From NCBI GenBank assembly GCA_963662275.1, contig OY759316.1, positions 4,192,001 to 4,256,000 of the forward strand: DNA of 64,000 nt, read 5' to 3'. This document shows positions 28,787 to 38,889 of this stretch, one piece after another. Each line of letters starts with the position of its first letter. Positions within the stretch are counted from its first letter, which is position 1. The DNA is from Candidatus Cloacimonadales bacterium. GTDB taxonomy: Bacteria; Cloacimonadota; Cloacimonadia; Cloacimonadales; DAONDQ01. A model generated the notes under the pieces. That model saw only the letters and a program-made list of their open reading frames with translations, ran no database searches and was not told the DNA's origin. The position numbers and the translations under genes are program-made.

Positions 28787-30337
28787 ATGAAGATTAGGTT
28801 ACTTTTTATTATTCTGTTAGGTATACTGCTATCCTTATCTCTCACATCTTGTTTTGATACAAGCACTGACTCCAACAACAACACAGATGTAAGTGCCGCC
28901 AATGTCATAGCCCGGCAAGGTATGGATTTGCTAAACAATGAAATCACCAGGCTTAATAATACTGAACCAAGCCCAAACATGCAGAGTGTGTTACCCACAG
29001 CGACATATAATGTGATTAAAGCGAAATTTACGCAAGCTCTTGAAAGTGATTCCGATAATCCCATGGCAAATGTAGGTCTCGCAATTCTGGATATTGTCGA
29101 TTTGAACTATGATAACGAACTATGGTCATTATATGAAGATGTGGATAGTCTTAGTGCTGGTGATAAGGGATTTTTAAATAATCAGTTCGGTTTCTTAGCC
29201 AATTCACCCACTGTTTTGTTTAAATCATTCCAGATGTCGAGATCAAATCCTCTTTCCATTATGCGTTTCCAGAATTTCGTAAAGAATTCTGTCATTCCTC
29301 GTTTGGATAATGCCAAACAAAGACTCACCAATGCTATTAACCTGGCAGAAAGTGATTCAATCCTAGTGAATACAGGTGAAGAAAATTTAGTGATTAATGC
29401 GGGAGAGATCTATGCTTTCAAAGCAGAAGTTGAATTATTTACTGCAGCCTTCCAAATGATGACGGCATATGATTGGGATATGATTGACCAACAGCATAGT
29501 TATCAATGGATAACGGATATGCAGAATATAATAGGACAGGAATATGACAGCAATGATGCTTTTGCTTATGATATCAGTAACGATGTATTAACGATTAAAT
29601 ACTGGGATCATGATTTGAACGATGCCGATGTGAAACAGCAGGAAAAAGCAGCTAAAATATTGAAATATAATATTGATAGTAATCCGAGCTTTGCCACATT
29701 GACCAGTCAATCGAGTTTGGCTTCAGCTAAAGCTAATATCCAGGCAGCAATCCAAGATGTGCAGGATGGTATGGATCATATTCTTGCTGAGACAGGTCCC
29801 CAAACAAATCACGTTATCAAGATTCAGAATATCTTAGATATGAATTCAGATATTGCAAATCACGATCCAGATGCACCTCAATTCATGCACGACTGGAATA
29901 GTGTTTCAGATGTCGTGACGTGGTTGCAAGGCATTTTTAACGCACCTTATACAACAACAGTCAATGATGTCTCCGTAACCATCGATGTCAGTGCTTATTT
30001 CAACGGCAACCTGGATGATCTCAGGGATGTTCAGCCCTATTCACAGTGGAATAACGTCAGTTCATCATGGATTGTCAATACACTTAGTTGGGATTACCAT
30101 TGGTATAATACGTCAAATTATACTTTTACTTATCTTGGACAAGAGTTTACTCCAATAGGGACATATCATACGATTCATTTTATGTATTATGATAAAACTG
30201 TTGAAGTTGGTCACCTAACCAATGGACCTTCAGGTACTGAAATCGGTCATGACGAACAACCATATTTTCCCGATTATACATTCAAAGGGCTATTTCCCGG
30301 TATGACCAGGGCGAAATTGATCAGTCTTAGTGATTAA
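28787..30337 (+). CDS. Large acidic lipoprotein of unknown function
   Basis: RBS GGAGG, lipobox LTSC, TPR-like FTQALESDSDNPMAN. Confidence 0.7.
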   Translation: MKIRLLFIILLGILLSLSLTSCFDTSTDSNNNTDVSAANVIARQGMDLLNNEITRLNNTEPSPNMQSVLPTATYNVIKAKFTQALESDSDNPMANVGLAILDIVDLNYDNELWSLYEDVDSLSAGDKGFLNNQFGFLANSPTVLFKSFQMSRSNPLSIMRFQNFVKNSVIPRLDNAKQRLTNAINLAESDSILVNTGEENLVINAGEIYAFKAEVELFTAAFQMMTAYDWDMIDQQHSYQWITDMQNIIGQEYDSNDAFAYDISNDVLTIKYWDHDLNDADVKQQEKAAKILKYNIDSNPSFATLTSQSSLASAKANIQAAIQDVQDGMDHILAETGPQTNHVIKIQNILDMNSDIANHDPDAPQFMHDWNSVSDVVTWLQGIFNAPYTTTVNDVSVTIDVSAYFNGNLDDLRDVQPYSQWNNVSSSWIVNTLSWDYHWYNTSNYTFTYLGQEFTPIGTYHTIHFMYYDKTVEVGHLTNGPSGTEIGHDEQPYFPDYTFKGLFPGMTRAKLISLSD

Positions 30338-31691
30338 ATTCATTTTCAATCGAAGAACATTTATCATGATTGGAATACACCTTCTGGTGTATTCCAATTT
30401 TTTGTATGCTGATCTGACCGAGAAGCAATTCCAATATGATGATAATTATCTTCCCAGAGATAGAAGTTATTCGAGTGCCCAGTATAAGGATATCTATCGA
30501 TGCCATGATGTGATCAATCCTGGTGGATATATTCTTGCCTATGAATACGTAGTGGGAGCTGGTTCCAGGATTGGGAATTTTTACTTGGACATTTCTTATC
30601 GACGCAATATGTTAAATGGAAAAATAGATAACCTGGCAGAAATGAAAGATGCCGTACAATTTAAATACACAGAAGAATCTACCAAAATTTCAGGGTTGAC
30701 AAAACTCGGAAAAAGTCTTGTTACTGTATCTGTTTTTGCAGGCTATACGCCCGGGCTGGAATTAAGTTTTCAAAGACAGTTCGGTAATTTCTTATGCAAA
30801 GGTCTTGCCTCCTATCTGGAAGATCAAGCCAATATCTCATATGATGTGAAGAATGATGATGGAGCCATACCATTTAACTGGTCTAAGCAGACTTTTGAAG
30901 GAAACATTAGTACAGATAAGACAAAATCAGGTATCCGATATACTTTCTGGTTACCAGGAGCAGGAATAGATCAATTTGATAATCGGTTATATTTACAGGA
31001 TATGTTGATTCAAAATACGTTCGAGCTAACAAAGACTATTCAGACCAGTTTATCTGCCAGATATCGGGAATTCTCAGGGAAACTTATTTATTCAGAAGGA
31101 ATATACAGCAAAATTGACAATTTGCAGATGATGGATTTTCATTTCAGCATAAAAAAGCAATCAACACATTCTGTATTTACTTTCGGAAGCGATTATTATC
31201 AAACATGGTCTGGTTCAGATAGTTACTTTGATATATGGCCTTTTACTGCCTGGGATATGTTTCTAGCTAGTCGAACAAGACTGAAACAACTCAACATTGA
31301 TTGTCTAGTTCCAGAAGTATGTTATGAGTATAGTAATTTAATCAGGATCGGTAATGTGGAAATTTCATATAGGCTTGGATCAGAATACCATCATATTTTT
31401 CACCAGGAAGAAATTGAAATTAAAAATCGAGTGGTAGTCCTTTATCCTTTTTTATTTGGTTATGATACATATCATTATCAAGTTAAAAATCTGGATGGGT
31501 ATTTTGTCATACCATTGAAATCTGATATCTATGCTGGACATTTCACAATTACTGCAAAAGTAACACAAATGATTCCGATACATTGGAAAACAGCTATGCA
31601 AACACCATCTTCTCATGAACCCTCTGCTGCAAATAAAAAAAGCGAGTGGGGCGGAACCTTTTATGGATTGACTATCTCGTTTCCGTACTAA
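30330..31691 (+). CDS. Probable outer-membrane beta-barrel protein
   Basis: Aromatic-rich alternating strands, terminal WGGTFYGLTISFPY; overlaps the lipoprotein stop. Confidence 0.6.
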   Translation: MIKFIFNRRTFIMIGIHLLVYSNFLYADLTEKQFQYDDNYLPRDRSYSSAQYKDIYRCHDVINPGGYILAYEYVVGAGSRIGNFYLDISYRRNMLNGKIDNLAEMKDAVQFKYTEESTKISGLTKLGKSLVTVSVFAGYTPGLELSFQRQFGNFLCKGLASYLEDQANISYDVKNDDGAIPFNWSKQTFEGNISTDKTKSGIRYTFWLPGAGIDQFDNRLYLQDMLIQNTFELTKTIQTSLSARYREFSGKLIYSEGIYSKIDNLQMMDFHFSIKKQSTHSVFTFGSDYYQTWSGSDSYFDIWPFTAWDMFLASRTRLKQLNIDCLVPEVCYEYSNLIRIGNVEISYRLGSEYHHIFHQEEIEIKNRVVVLYPFLFGYDTYHYQVKNLDGYFVIPLKSDIYAGHFTITAKVTQMIPIHWKTAMQTPSSHEPSAANKKSEWGGTFYGLTISFPY

Positions 31692-31940
31692 TCTATTATC
31701 CCTTTTAACAGGTAAGTGACTAAGAGGATGTGAATTAAGCTGGATTCTATGAATATCCATATATATTCAACAGGGATTGATATTCTAGACTATTCGCACA
31801 TTATGTTTATTCTATTTGCATTATTCTGATTATGATTTATTTTATACTATTATTCTAAGTGAAATAAACTAAAAATAGAATAATATACGAAAAAGTCGAA
31901 ATGTTAAAAGTATTTGCGTGTAGGGGAATCAATAAATTTA

Positions 31941-31968
31941 TTGACAGAAAACGTTTCTGTAATATAGT
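31941..31968 (+). promoter_or_regulatory. Sigma70 promoter with an overlapping palindromic operator
   Basis: TTGACA-16 nt-TATAGT; ACAGAAA-ACG-TTTCTGT dyad 31944-31960. Confidence 0.55.
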
Positions 31969-31996
31969 GAGTTTGTTATTCAAAAATAAAAAAAAT

Positions 31997-32218
31997 TAGC
32001 TTGTAATAATCTAGTATTAAATAGGTGAGTACAAGCTATTTTGATCTGTAAAACAAAGTAATAGACGATAACATGATTGTCATGTAGTGTAGAAAATTTC
32101 GATCATCAGTACAAGGGGAAAATGTACTAAACAAAAAGACGACTTTTGTCGTTTTCTTAACTTCTTCATAGGGGTGAAGAAGTTACAAATACAACTTTTT
32201 GAGATTTAGTTGTATTTG
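31997..32218 (+). other. Highly structured 5' leader (stacked hairpins)
   Basis: TAGCTTGTA/TACAAGCTA, AGTACA/TGTACT, AAGACGAC/GTCGTTTT, TAACTTCTTCA/TGAAGAAGTTA, CAAATACAACT/AGTTGTATTTG. Confidence 0.6.
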
Positions 32219-32251
32219 GCAGAATGCAAATTATGAGGAGTAAAAAAAAGG

Positions 32252-35149
32252 ATGAAAAAGCTACTATGTAGAACAATTATGGGGATTGTTCTGGTACTTA
32301 GTGTGTCTGCATTAATGGCGGATTTCAGAACAATCGGGCCTGGGACAAATCATACAGGCAATTATGAACCATGGGGAAGCCAGGAAGGCTATCACCGATG
32401 TGCCCAGCTTTACTTAGCATCAGAACTTGGTAACATGGGTAGTATCACGACCTATGCATGCAATCCGCACTCAACCAAAGAGAGCATTGATATTCCTCTC
32501 AAAATTTACATGAAGATGACCACTGCGACTTCAATATCTGCTTCTGCTACGTTTAATTCTATGAAAACAGGAGCTACTCTTGTTTATACTGGAACGATAT
32601 TCGCAATTCATGGTGGAGAATGGAATTCGGTAACGTTAAATACACCATTTGATTACACCGGTGGAAATTTGTTGATAATAACAGAATCAAACTGTACCAG
32701 TTCCGGACATGCAAATGCGGTATATCATTTTACTACTTCAACAAACAGAAATTGGTATTATCGGGTAAACAATACTCCACCTACTGGTAACGAAACCGGT
32801 ACTCTCAATAGTAACCGTGCCGGTATCCAATTAGGCATCAATAACTTCCCTCCTGTACCCAATCCTGCTGTTGCCACAAATCCATTGCCTTCAGCAACGC
32901 TGATGGGACCTACTTTCAATTTCACATGGACAGCTCCAACTTCTGGTACACCTCCTTTGGGATATAAGGTTTATCTTGGAACAAATAATCCACCGACGAA
33001 CCTTGTATCTGGAACAGACTTGGGTAATGTTCTTTCTTATACCTATGGTTCTGCATTTAACGCAGGAACAACTTACTATTGGAAAATAATACCCTATAGC
33101 ATAGCCGGTGATTGCACAAGCGCTACCGTATGGAGCTTTTCAACGCAACCAGCAGTGACAGCTATTGCCACGAATCCAAGCCCTGCCAATGGGGCAGTCT
33201 CAGTATTGACAAATGCCTCTCTTTCCTGGGATGCTGTCGCCAATGCAACATCATATGATATCTATTATGGCAGTCCGATTTCAACAACACCTGTTGCCAC
33301 TGTGACAGGTACGAGCTGGACACCGCCTATAATGACGAATGACACTAATTATTCCTGGAAGATTGTACCAAAGAATGTTTTTGGTGCTACTTCCGGAACA
33401 CCTGAAGTGTGGTCATTTACATCTGTCGTTCCAGCACCGTTAGCAGCAGTACTAGTTTCTCCTGTGAATGGTGGTGTTGGTATATTAAAAGATGCATCTC
33501 TTGATTGGACACCAAATAGCAGTGGATATGCACCAACAGGTTATAATCTGTATTTTGGTACAAACTATCCACCAACCAACCTTGTCAATGGGACAGATAT
33601 CGGTAATGTAACAACATTCACACCAGGAACAGATTTGTTACCCGGAACAACCTATTATTGGGAAACAGTTCCTTACAATGCTGGTGGATCTTGTGCAGCA
33701 CCGACAATCGGTTCCTTTACCACAGAACAGGCTGTCACAGGCATTGCTGGAAATCCAAGTCCTACTGACGATGCAACTTCAGTAGCAACGGATGCAAGTC
33801 TTTACTGGGATGCAGTAGCCAATGCCACATCTTATGATGTCTATTTCGGCAGTCCGCTTTCCGAGACACCGGTTGCCACAGTAACCGGCACTTCCTGGAC
33901 ACCTCCGGCAATGGACAACGGCACAGCCTATTCTTGGAAGATCGTACCTAAAAACAGTTTCGGTGTTACTTCCGGTACCCCTGAAGTCTGGACATTTGAT
34001 ACAATCATCGCGGCACCTGAAGCCGTAGTACTGGTCAGTCCGGCGACTCCTGCAACAGACGTTGCAGATAACCCTACTTTTACCTGGACTCCTTCCGAGA
34101 CAGGTACCGCTCCGACTGGTTATAAGTTCTATTTTGGAACAGATAATCCGCCGACCAGCCTGATCGATGGAACAGACCTGGGCAATATCCTTACCTATAC
34201 ACCGGGTGCAGATTTATTACACGGCACTACCTATTACTGGGAAGTTGTTCCTTATAATGAAGGTGGAGATTGCCCTGCACCAACCTTTGGTTCCTTCACA
34301 ACAGAACAGGCTGTCACAGGCATTGCTGGAAATCCAAGTCCTACTGACGATGCAACTTCAGTAGCAACAGGTGCAAGTCTTTCCTGGGATGCAGTAGCCA
34401 ATGCCACAGCTTATGATGTCTATTTCGGCAGTCCGCTTTCCGAGACACCGGTTGCCACAGTAACCGGCACTTCCTGGACGCCTCCGGCAATGGACAACGG
34501 CACAGCCTATTCTTGGAAGATCGTTCCAAAGAACAGTTTTGGTGTTACTTCCGGTACACCTGAAGTCTGGACATTTGATACCATCATCGCGGCTCCGGCA
34601 CCTGTTATCCTGCTTACTCCAACAGAAGCAGCAACAGATATAGCACAAGTACCTACTTTCACTTGGACTCCTGCTGAAACAGGAACAGCTCCAACCGGTT
34701 ATAAGTTCTATATAGGAACTGATAATCCTCCCACAGATCTGGTAGAAGCCATAGACTTGGGTAATGTTCGAACATATACGTTAGGAACTGATTTATTACC
34801 CGCTACGACTTATTATTGGGAAGTTGTATCTTATAATGCAGGTGGAGAAGCTGTGGGGAGTACGATTAGCAGTTTCTCTACGGATGATACTGTTGGTCCC
34901 CCCTATTTAACAATTACACCTGATTATCCTGAAACTGATCAGATGAGTTCCGTTAATGTTACTGGTGCTCGCTTGGACTGGAATGTTGTTCGAGGAGCAA
35001 CTTCCTATAAAATCTACGCATCTGCTGATCCCTATTCAGATTTCAGTACCTGGACATTTCTTGCTGAAGTGCCCACAAATTACTATATCGATTCTGTAGA
35101 AGCTGGATTTAAATTCTATAGAGTCTCTTCAGTCTGTAGCAAAAAGTGA
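32252..35149 (+). CDS. Secreted Fn3/Ig-repeat surface protein, 965 aa, C-terminal FYRV domain
   Basis: Signal peptide; seven alternating GYKVYLGT..YYW and SYDVYFG..YSWKIVP modules; ends KFYRVSSVCSKK. Confidence 0.85.
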   Translation: MKKLLCRTIMGIVLVLSVSALMADFRTIGPGTNHTGNYEPWGSQEGYHRCAQLYLASELGNMGSITTYACNPHSTKESIDIPLKIYMKMTTATSISASATFNSMKTGATLVYTGTIFAIHGGEWNSVTLNTPFDYTGGNLLIITESNCTSSGHANAVYHFTTSTNRNWYYRVNNTPPTGNETGTLNSNRAGIQLGINNFPPVPNPAVATNPLPSATLMGPTFNFTWTAPTSGTPPLGYKVYLGTNNPPTNLVSGTDLGNVLSYTYGSAFNAGTTYYWKIIPYSIAGDCTSATVWSFSTQPAVTAIATNPSPANGAVSVLTNASLSWDAVANATSYDIYYGSPISTTPVATVTGTSWTPPIMTNDTNYSWKIVPKNVFGATSGTPEVWSFTSVVPAPLAAVLVSPVNGGVGILKDASLDWTPNSSGYAPTGYNLYFGTNYPPTNLVNGTDIGNVTTFTPGTDLLPGTTYYWETVPYNAGGSCAAPTIGSFTTEQAVTGIAGNPSPTDDATSVATDASLYWDAVANATSYDVYFGSPLSETPVATVTGTSWTPPAMDNGTAYSWKIVPKNSFGVTSGTPEVWTFDTIIAAPEAVVLVSPATPATDVADNPTFTWTPSETGTAPTGYKFYFGTDNPPTSLIDGTDLGNILTYTPGADLLHGTTYYWEVVPYNEGGDCPAPTFGSFTTEQAVTGIAGNPSPTDDATSVATGASLSWDAVANATAYDVYFGSPLSETPVATVTGTSWTPPAMDNGTAYSWKIVPKNSFGVTSGTPEVWTFDTIIAAPAPVILLTPTEAATDIAQVPTFTWTPAETGTAPTGYKFYIGTDNPPTDLVEAIDLGNVRTYTLGTDLLPATTYYWEVVSYNAGGEAVGSTISSFSTDDTVGPPYLTITPDYPETDQMSSVNVTGARLDWNVVRGATSYKIYASADPYSDFSTWTFLAEVPTNYYIDSVEAGFKFYRVSSVCSKK
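33722..34593 (+). repeat. Intragenic direct repeat, about 290 bp, offset 579 bp
   Basis: 33722-34014 is almost identical to 34301-34593. Confidence 0.9.
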
Positions 35150-35176
35150 TTACATAAAAACTACTCTAATCAAATT

Positions 35177-35209
35177 AGGCGGAGATATTTTATATCTCCG
35201 CCTTTTTTT
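35177..35209 (+). terminator. Intrinsic terminator
   Basis: AGGCGGAGATA/TATCTCCGCCT followed by a T run. Confidence 0.9.
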
Positions 35210-35300
35210 ATTGAATAGAATGCTAATAGGATTCAATAAATAATCAATTGATTTATCTCTACTTTTGACTACGTAATAGGTTAGCTTAATCCCTTTATAT

Positions 35301-35332
35301 AAAAAAAAGGACTCATCATAAATGATGAGTCC
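35301..35332 (-). terminator. Intrinsic terminator downstream of the tRNA
   Basis: GGACTCATCAT/ATGATGAGTCC with an A8 tract on the left. Confidence 0.8.
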
Positions 35333-35341
35333 AATTCTTTT

Positions 35342-35418
<77 letters not shown>

Positions 35419-35541
35419 TCATGTAAATTTTTGGTATCCTGTCTGGGGTTTTATTCTTTTCTGGAGAAATTTAACAAGAAAAGAAAAATGATTTCCTGGT
35501 CCTCCTCGATGCTAATCCAGCAGACGGACGTTTAGTTACGA

Positions 35542-35721
35542 CTAATAACGATTGTTGCTGCGGTAGCCACGGTTTTGGTTTTGTTGTTTTTTAGCACGTC
35601 TGCAGTCGTTACAACGCTGAGGTTCGTTTTCGAATCCTTTTTCTTTGTAGAAAGTTTGTTCGCCTTCTGTGAAGATAAATTCTTTGCCACAGTCTTTACA
35701 AACTAAGGTTTTGTCTGGCAT
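35542..35721 (-). CDS. Small zinc-ribbon protein (zf-trcl-like), 59 aa
   Basis: Not in ORF track. MPDKTLVCKDCGKEFIFTEGEQTFYKEKGFENEPQRCNDCRRAKK...; RBS AGGAG. Confidence 0.9.
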   Translation of the reverse strand: MPDKTLVCKDCGKEFIFTEGEQTFYKEKGFENEPQRCNDCRRAKKQQNQNRGYRSNNRY

Positions 35722-35865
35722 ACGGGTCTCCTTTTACTTTTGTGGATGCATCGTCCTCCTTGCTATAACAAGCTCACAGGAAGGCTCCACTTTTCTAGTG
35801 TCCATCTTTCATAGTCATTCATTAAGTGTCAACATATATTATGAAACACTAAGTAAAATATAAAT

Positions 35866-37821
35866 TTATTGGGAAGTAACTTCTTTACTTTTTCGTTCTC
35901 CATACTTCACTAGAAGCATCTCAAATACAAATAACAAAAGAACAGCAGCAAGCAGCCATTTCCATAATTCATAACCGAACCTGGTCTGTAGTATTTTATC
36001 CTGCCAGTTACGACCCAACAGTTTCAGATTTTGTCCTTTTATTGTTGTCATTGGCAGAAATGAACTTTCATCATATTCATGATTTACTGCAAGAGCGGTG
36101 TTTTTTCCATTTTTATCTTCCAAACCATAAATTCCTGGTTGAGCCAGGATATAGCGACTGTTATTCATTTCCAGTCTAGAACCATTGGGAAGTATGAGAT
36201 AAGAGGTTTGCACAGATTCGCCCAGTTTTTGAGCCGGTGACTGGAAATGGCTGTTCGACATGAATTGCAATGTGCGATAGGCAAAAACGGGAAAGCTGCT
36301 ATTCAGTAGAAAGCTATTTCGAATACTGCCAATATCGAATAACCAGAAGAAATCAGGATATTTGGTTACTGCGAAAGGTATATTACCATTTGCAAGTAAA
36401 GTAATGCTTTCACCAGAGGGCTTTGTGCTCCAGAAATCCGTTATTTGAATTTGGTTTTCAATATCTCGATTCAATAACGAAGTGACTGCATGATATTGAT
36501 TAATAAAAGTGACTGGGTTATTCTGTGTGTTAAAGGTATTCCATTTCAATCCGAACTCATTGCCTAAATAATTCTGCCAATCCGGGCTGAAGGTTTTATC
36601 TGCAATATAGAGAATCCCTTTTTTCTCTTGTTGCCAGTTTTGCAGCAATTGTCGCACTCGTGGAGTGAGTTCTTTGATATTGTAGACAATCAATAACGAT
36701 AAATCACTCATAGAAGTGATACTGGTTTGAGAAGGATTGATGTATTCAATTGCGGTAGCTTTTCCTGAATAAATCTGCAACATGGAGTATAAAGAAGGGG
36801 GCAATTGTTTTAAATCCGTGATTATTCCAATGTGCGGATTCAAATCAAAGTAAAAACTGAAATAAGAACGATTATCAGCAGGAAGTCTTTCATCCTGGAT
36901 TTCCACATAACCGCTATGCCAACCGGTGTTTTCGACTTGGATTGGAAAAGAGTCTACTTTCTTTTTCATAGAAGCAACGTCTGTGAATTTCTCCGAAATA
37001 GTTCTTCCATCCATATACAATCGGCACAACACATCAGTATGTATCTCTTTGGAATGATTCACAAGCTCAAATGAGATGGCGTTACTTATCTTCCGATTCA
37101 CAAGCTGTGCATCAGGTCTGGCATTCTGACAGCTCAGGTTTGACCAGTTCTCTAAATGCGAAGCAGGTATCAGGAAAACAGGATATTCATTCTTTGCTGG
37201 CAATTCCTGTTTTTGAGCATCAGTGATAATATAAATTTCCCGATTGGGCATCTGGCTTTGTGATAATTTATCCTGGGCTTCCTTGATCAGCTTAATATAA
37301 GATGTCGGTAGATAAGTGATTCCGATGTCTTCCATTTCCTTCAAAGGTAATTTTCCGAAATGAAGATTGCTATTCAGGCGATTCCATTTTTCATCAGAAG
37401 TCAGCAAGATCACGATATCCTGATCAGAAAGCAGTCCATTGATTTTGGAGATGATCTCTTTGCTTTTTTCCAGATTGGATTGAGTATCCACAAGGTAATC
37501 CATACTATAGGATGTATCCAGAATAATGGCAATTGCTGTTGGTGGATGCTGCGTCGAAGATTTCAGATAGGGTGATTTCAGGGTAGGTCTTGCCAAGGCA
37601 AGAATCGTAAATAGGATGATCATCATTCTAATAATCAGAAGAAGTATATTCAGCAGGTTGATTCTTTTGTTTTGTTTTTTCTGACTTGAAAGGATAAACC
37701 TGATTGAGCTGAACTCCACTCTTCTCGGTTTTTTCTTGGCAAAGAGATAGATCAGCAAGGGAATGATCGTAGCTGCTGCAACGGCAAGGACACTACTGTT
37801 CAGAAAAGATAAACCAAACAT
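35866..37821 (-). CDS. BatA-domain / vWA membrane protein
   Basis: IPLLIYLF..RVEFSSIRFI, LARP, MIDAS DTSYS, C-terminal ELWKWLL TM helix. Confidence 0.85.
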   Translation of the reverse strand: MFGLSFLNSSVLAVAAATIIPLLIYLFAKKKPRRVEFSSIRFILSSQKKQNKRINLLNILLLIIRMMIILFTILALARPTLKSPYLKSSTQHPPTAIAIILDTSYSMDYLVDTQSNLEKSKEIISKINGLLSDQDIVILLTSDEKWNRLNSNLHFGKLPLKEMEDIGITYLPTSYIKLIKEAQDKLSQSQMPNREIYIITDAQKQELPAKNEYPVFLIPASHLENWSNLSCQNARPDAQLVNRKISNAISFELVNHSKEIHTDVLCRLYMDGRTISEKFTDVASMKKKVDSFPIQVENTGWHSGYVEIQDERLPADNRSYFSFYFDLNPHIGIITDLKQLPPSLYSMLQIYSGKATAIEYINPSQTSITSMSDLSLLIVYNIKELTPRVRQLLQNWQQEKKGILYIADKTFSPDWQNYLGNEFGLKWNTFNTQNNPVTFINQYHAVTSLLNRDIENQIQITDFWSTKPSGESITLLANGNIPFAVTKYPDFFWLFDIGSIRNSFLLNSSFPVFAYRTLQFMSNSHFQSPAQKLGESVQTSYLILPNGSRLEMNNSRYILAQPGIYGLEDKNGKNTALAVNHEYDESSFLPMTTIKGQNLKLLGRNWQDKILQTRFGYELWKWLLAAVLLLFVFEMLLVKYGERKSKEVTSQ

Positions 37822-38841
37822 CTACATACTCAAACTGACAGAAATCAGATAGTTACATTGTTCAACCTTGAAGTTGGGTCCTACGATGGAAAAATCAATG
37901 CGAAAAGTCTTATAATAATAACCGGAACCGACACTATAGTATATTTTATCCTGTTGTGAGAAGTTATCACTATAAACTCCAGCCCTGAAACCAAGCATTT
38001 GTTTTTCCTGTGGTGTTCCTCCCACCTGAACATCTTTTACAATACCGAGATGATACGTTGTAATAGGGTCTTTCTCGAATGTCATCATCGCACCTGAAAG
38101 GATTTTGATATCTTCCTGTCCCACTTGAATACCCAAAGCACCACGTCGTGTAAGAGTTTTACTGCTTTCCGTCTGCCAGAACAAACCATTCAGGATATCA
38201 TAAAATGCCAAACCATAACTTGTTGACTCAGTTTTATATGCAAAGCCTAAGTCTGTAGATATACCTTTTACCTTATCATCGTTAAAATCTGTGAATGTTA
38301 AATTGATGTCATTCCTGCTGAGATAAACAAGTCTGCCATGAAGATATTTAACCGTAAGACCTGCAGCAAAGTTTTTATCTTTGTCTGAAGTGCCTCCAAA
38401 GGATATCTGCGCTTTTTGGAGTGTGTAATCATAGTATATTTTATCTCCGCTTGTATTCAATGATTCATTGATATGAATGTTTGAAACAGCCTGGTACATC
38501 ATTGCTCCAGTAGAGCTATTGATTACGATGGCAGAGAATTGATTGTTTCTCAGCAGACTACCGATTTGCATAAGTTGGTAGGGAGCAAATTCATCATTCC
38601 TCACAATAGAAAACGATGCTGCAACAGAAGTGGTTTTATTATATGCCAGTAACGCTGGATTATCATAGGAAATGTAATAATCACTCGTATCTGTAAGGTT
38701 TAATCCACCCATAGCTGTAACCAATGGAGACGGATTATGATCCGGTGTGTGGTAATCAAAGCGTTCAATCGGAAAGGCATTTAAAGCAAAAGCTGCAAGG
38801 CATAGCGATGCGATTAGGATGATCCTCATGATATTCCTCAT
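37822..38841 (-). CDS. Probable outer-membrane beta-barrel (PorV/FadL-like)
   Basis: Signal peptide, AMGG..SYDNPALLA, AGLTVKYL, DLGFAY, FRAGV, terminal strand; start uncertain (38829/38841/38889). Confidence 0.6.
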   Translation of the reverse strand: MRNIMRIILIASLCLAAFALNAFPIERFDYHTPDHNPSPLVTAMGGLNLTDTSDYYISYDNPALLAYNKTTSVAASFSIVRNDEFAPYQLMQIGSLLRNNQFSAIVINSSTGAMMYQAVSNIHINESLNTSGDKIYYDYTLQKAQISFGGTSDKDKNFAAGLTVKYLHGRLVYLSRNDINLTFTDFNDDKVKGISTDLGFAYKTESTSYGLAFYDILNGLFWQTESSKTLTRRGALGIQVGQEDIKILSGAMMTFEKDPITTYHLGIVKDVQVGGTPQEKQMLGFRAGVYSDNFSQQDKIYYSVGSGYYYKTFRIDFSIVGPNFKVEQCNYLISVSLSM

Positions 38842-38889
38842 TTTATTAGAAGAGCAGAACCGGCTGAACCCGGAGCTACATGTTCTCAT

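Noticed and set aside
35420..35540. Possible 6S or other ncRNA between the zinc-ribbon gene and tRNA
   Set aside because: Only short, weak pairing and too little length to support a call
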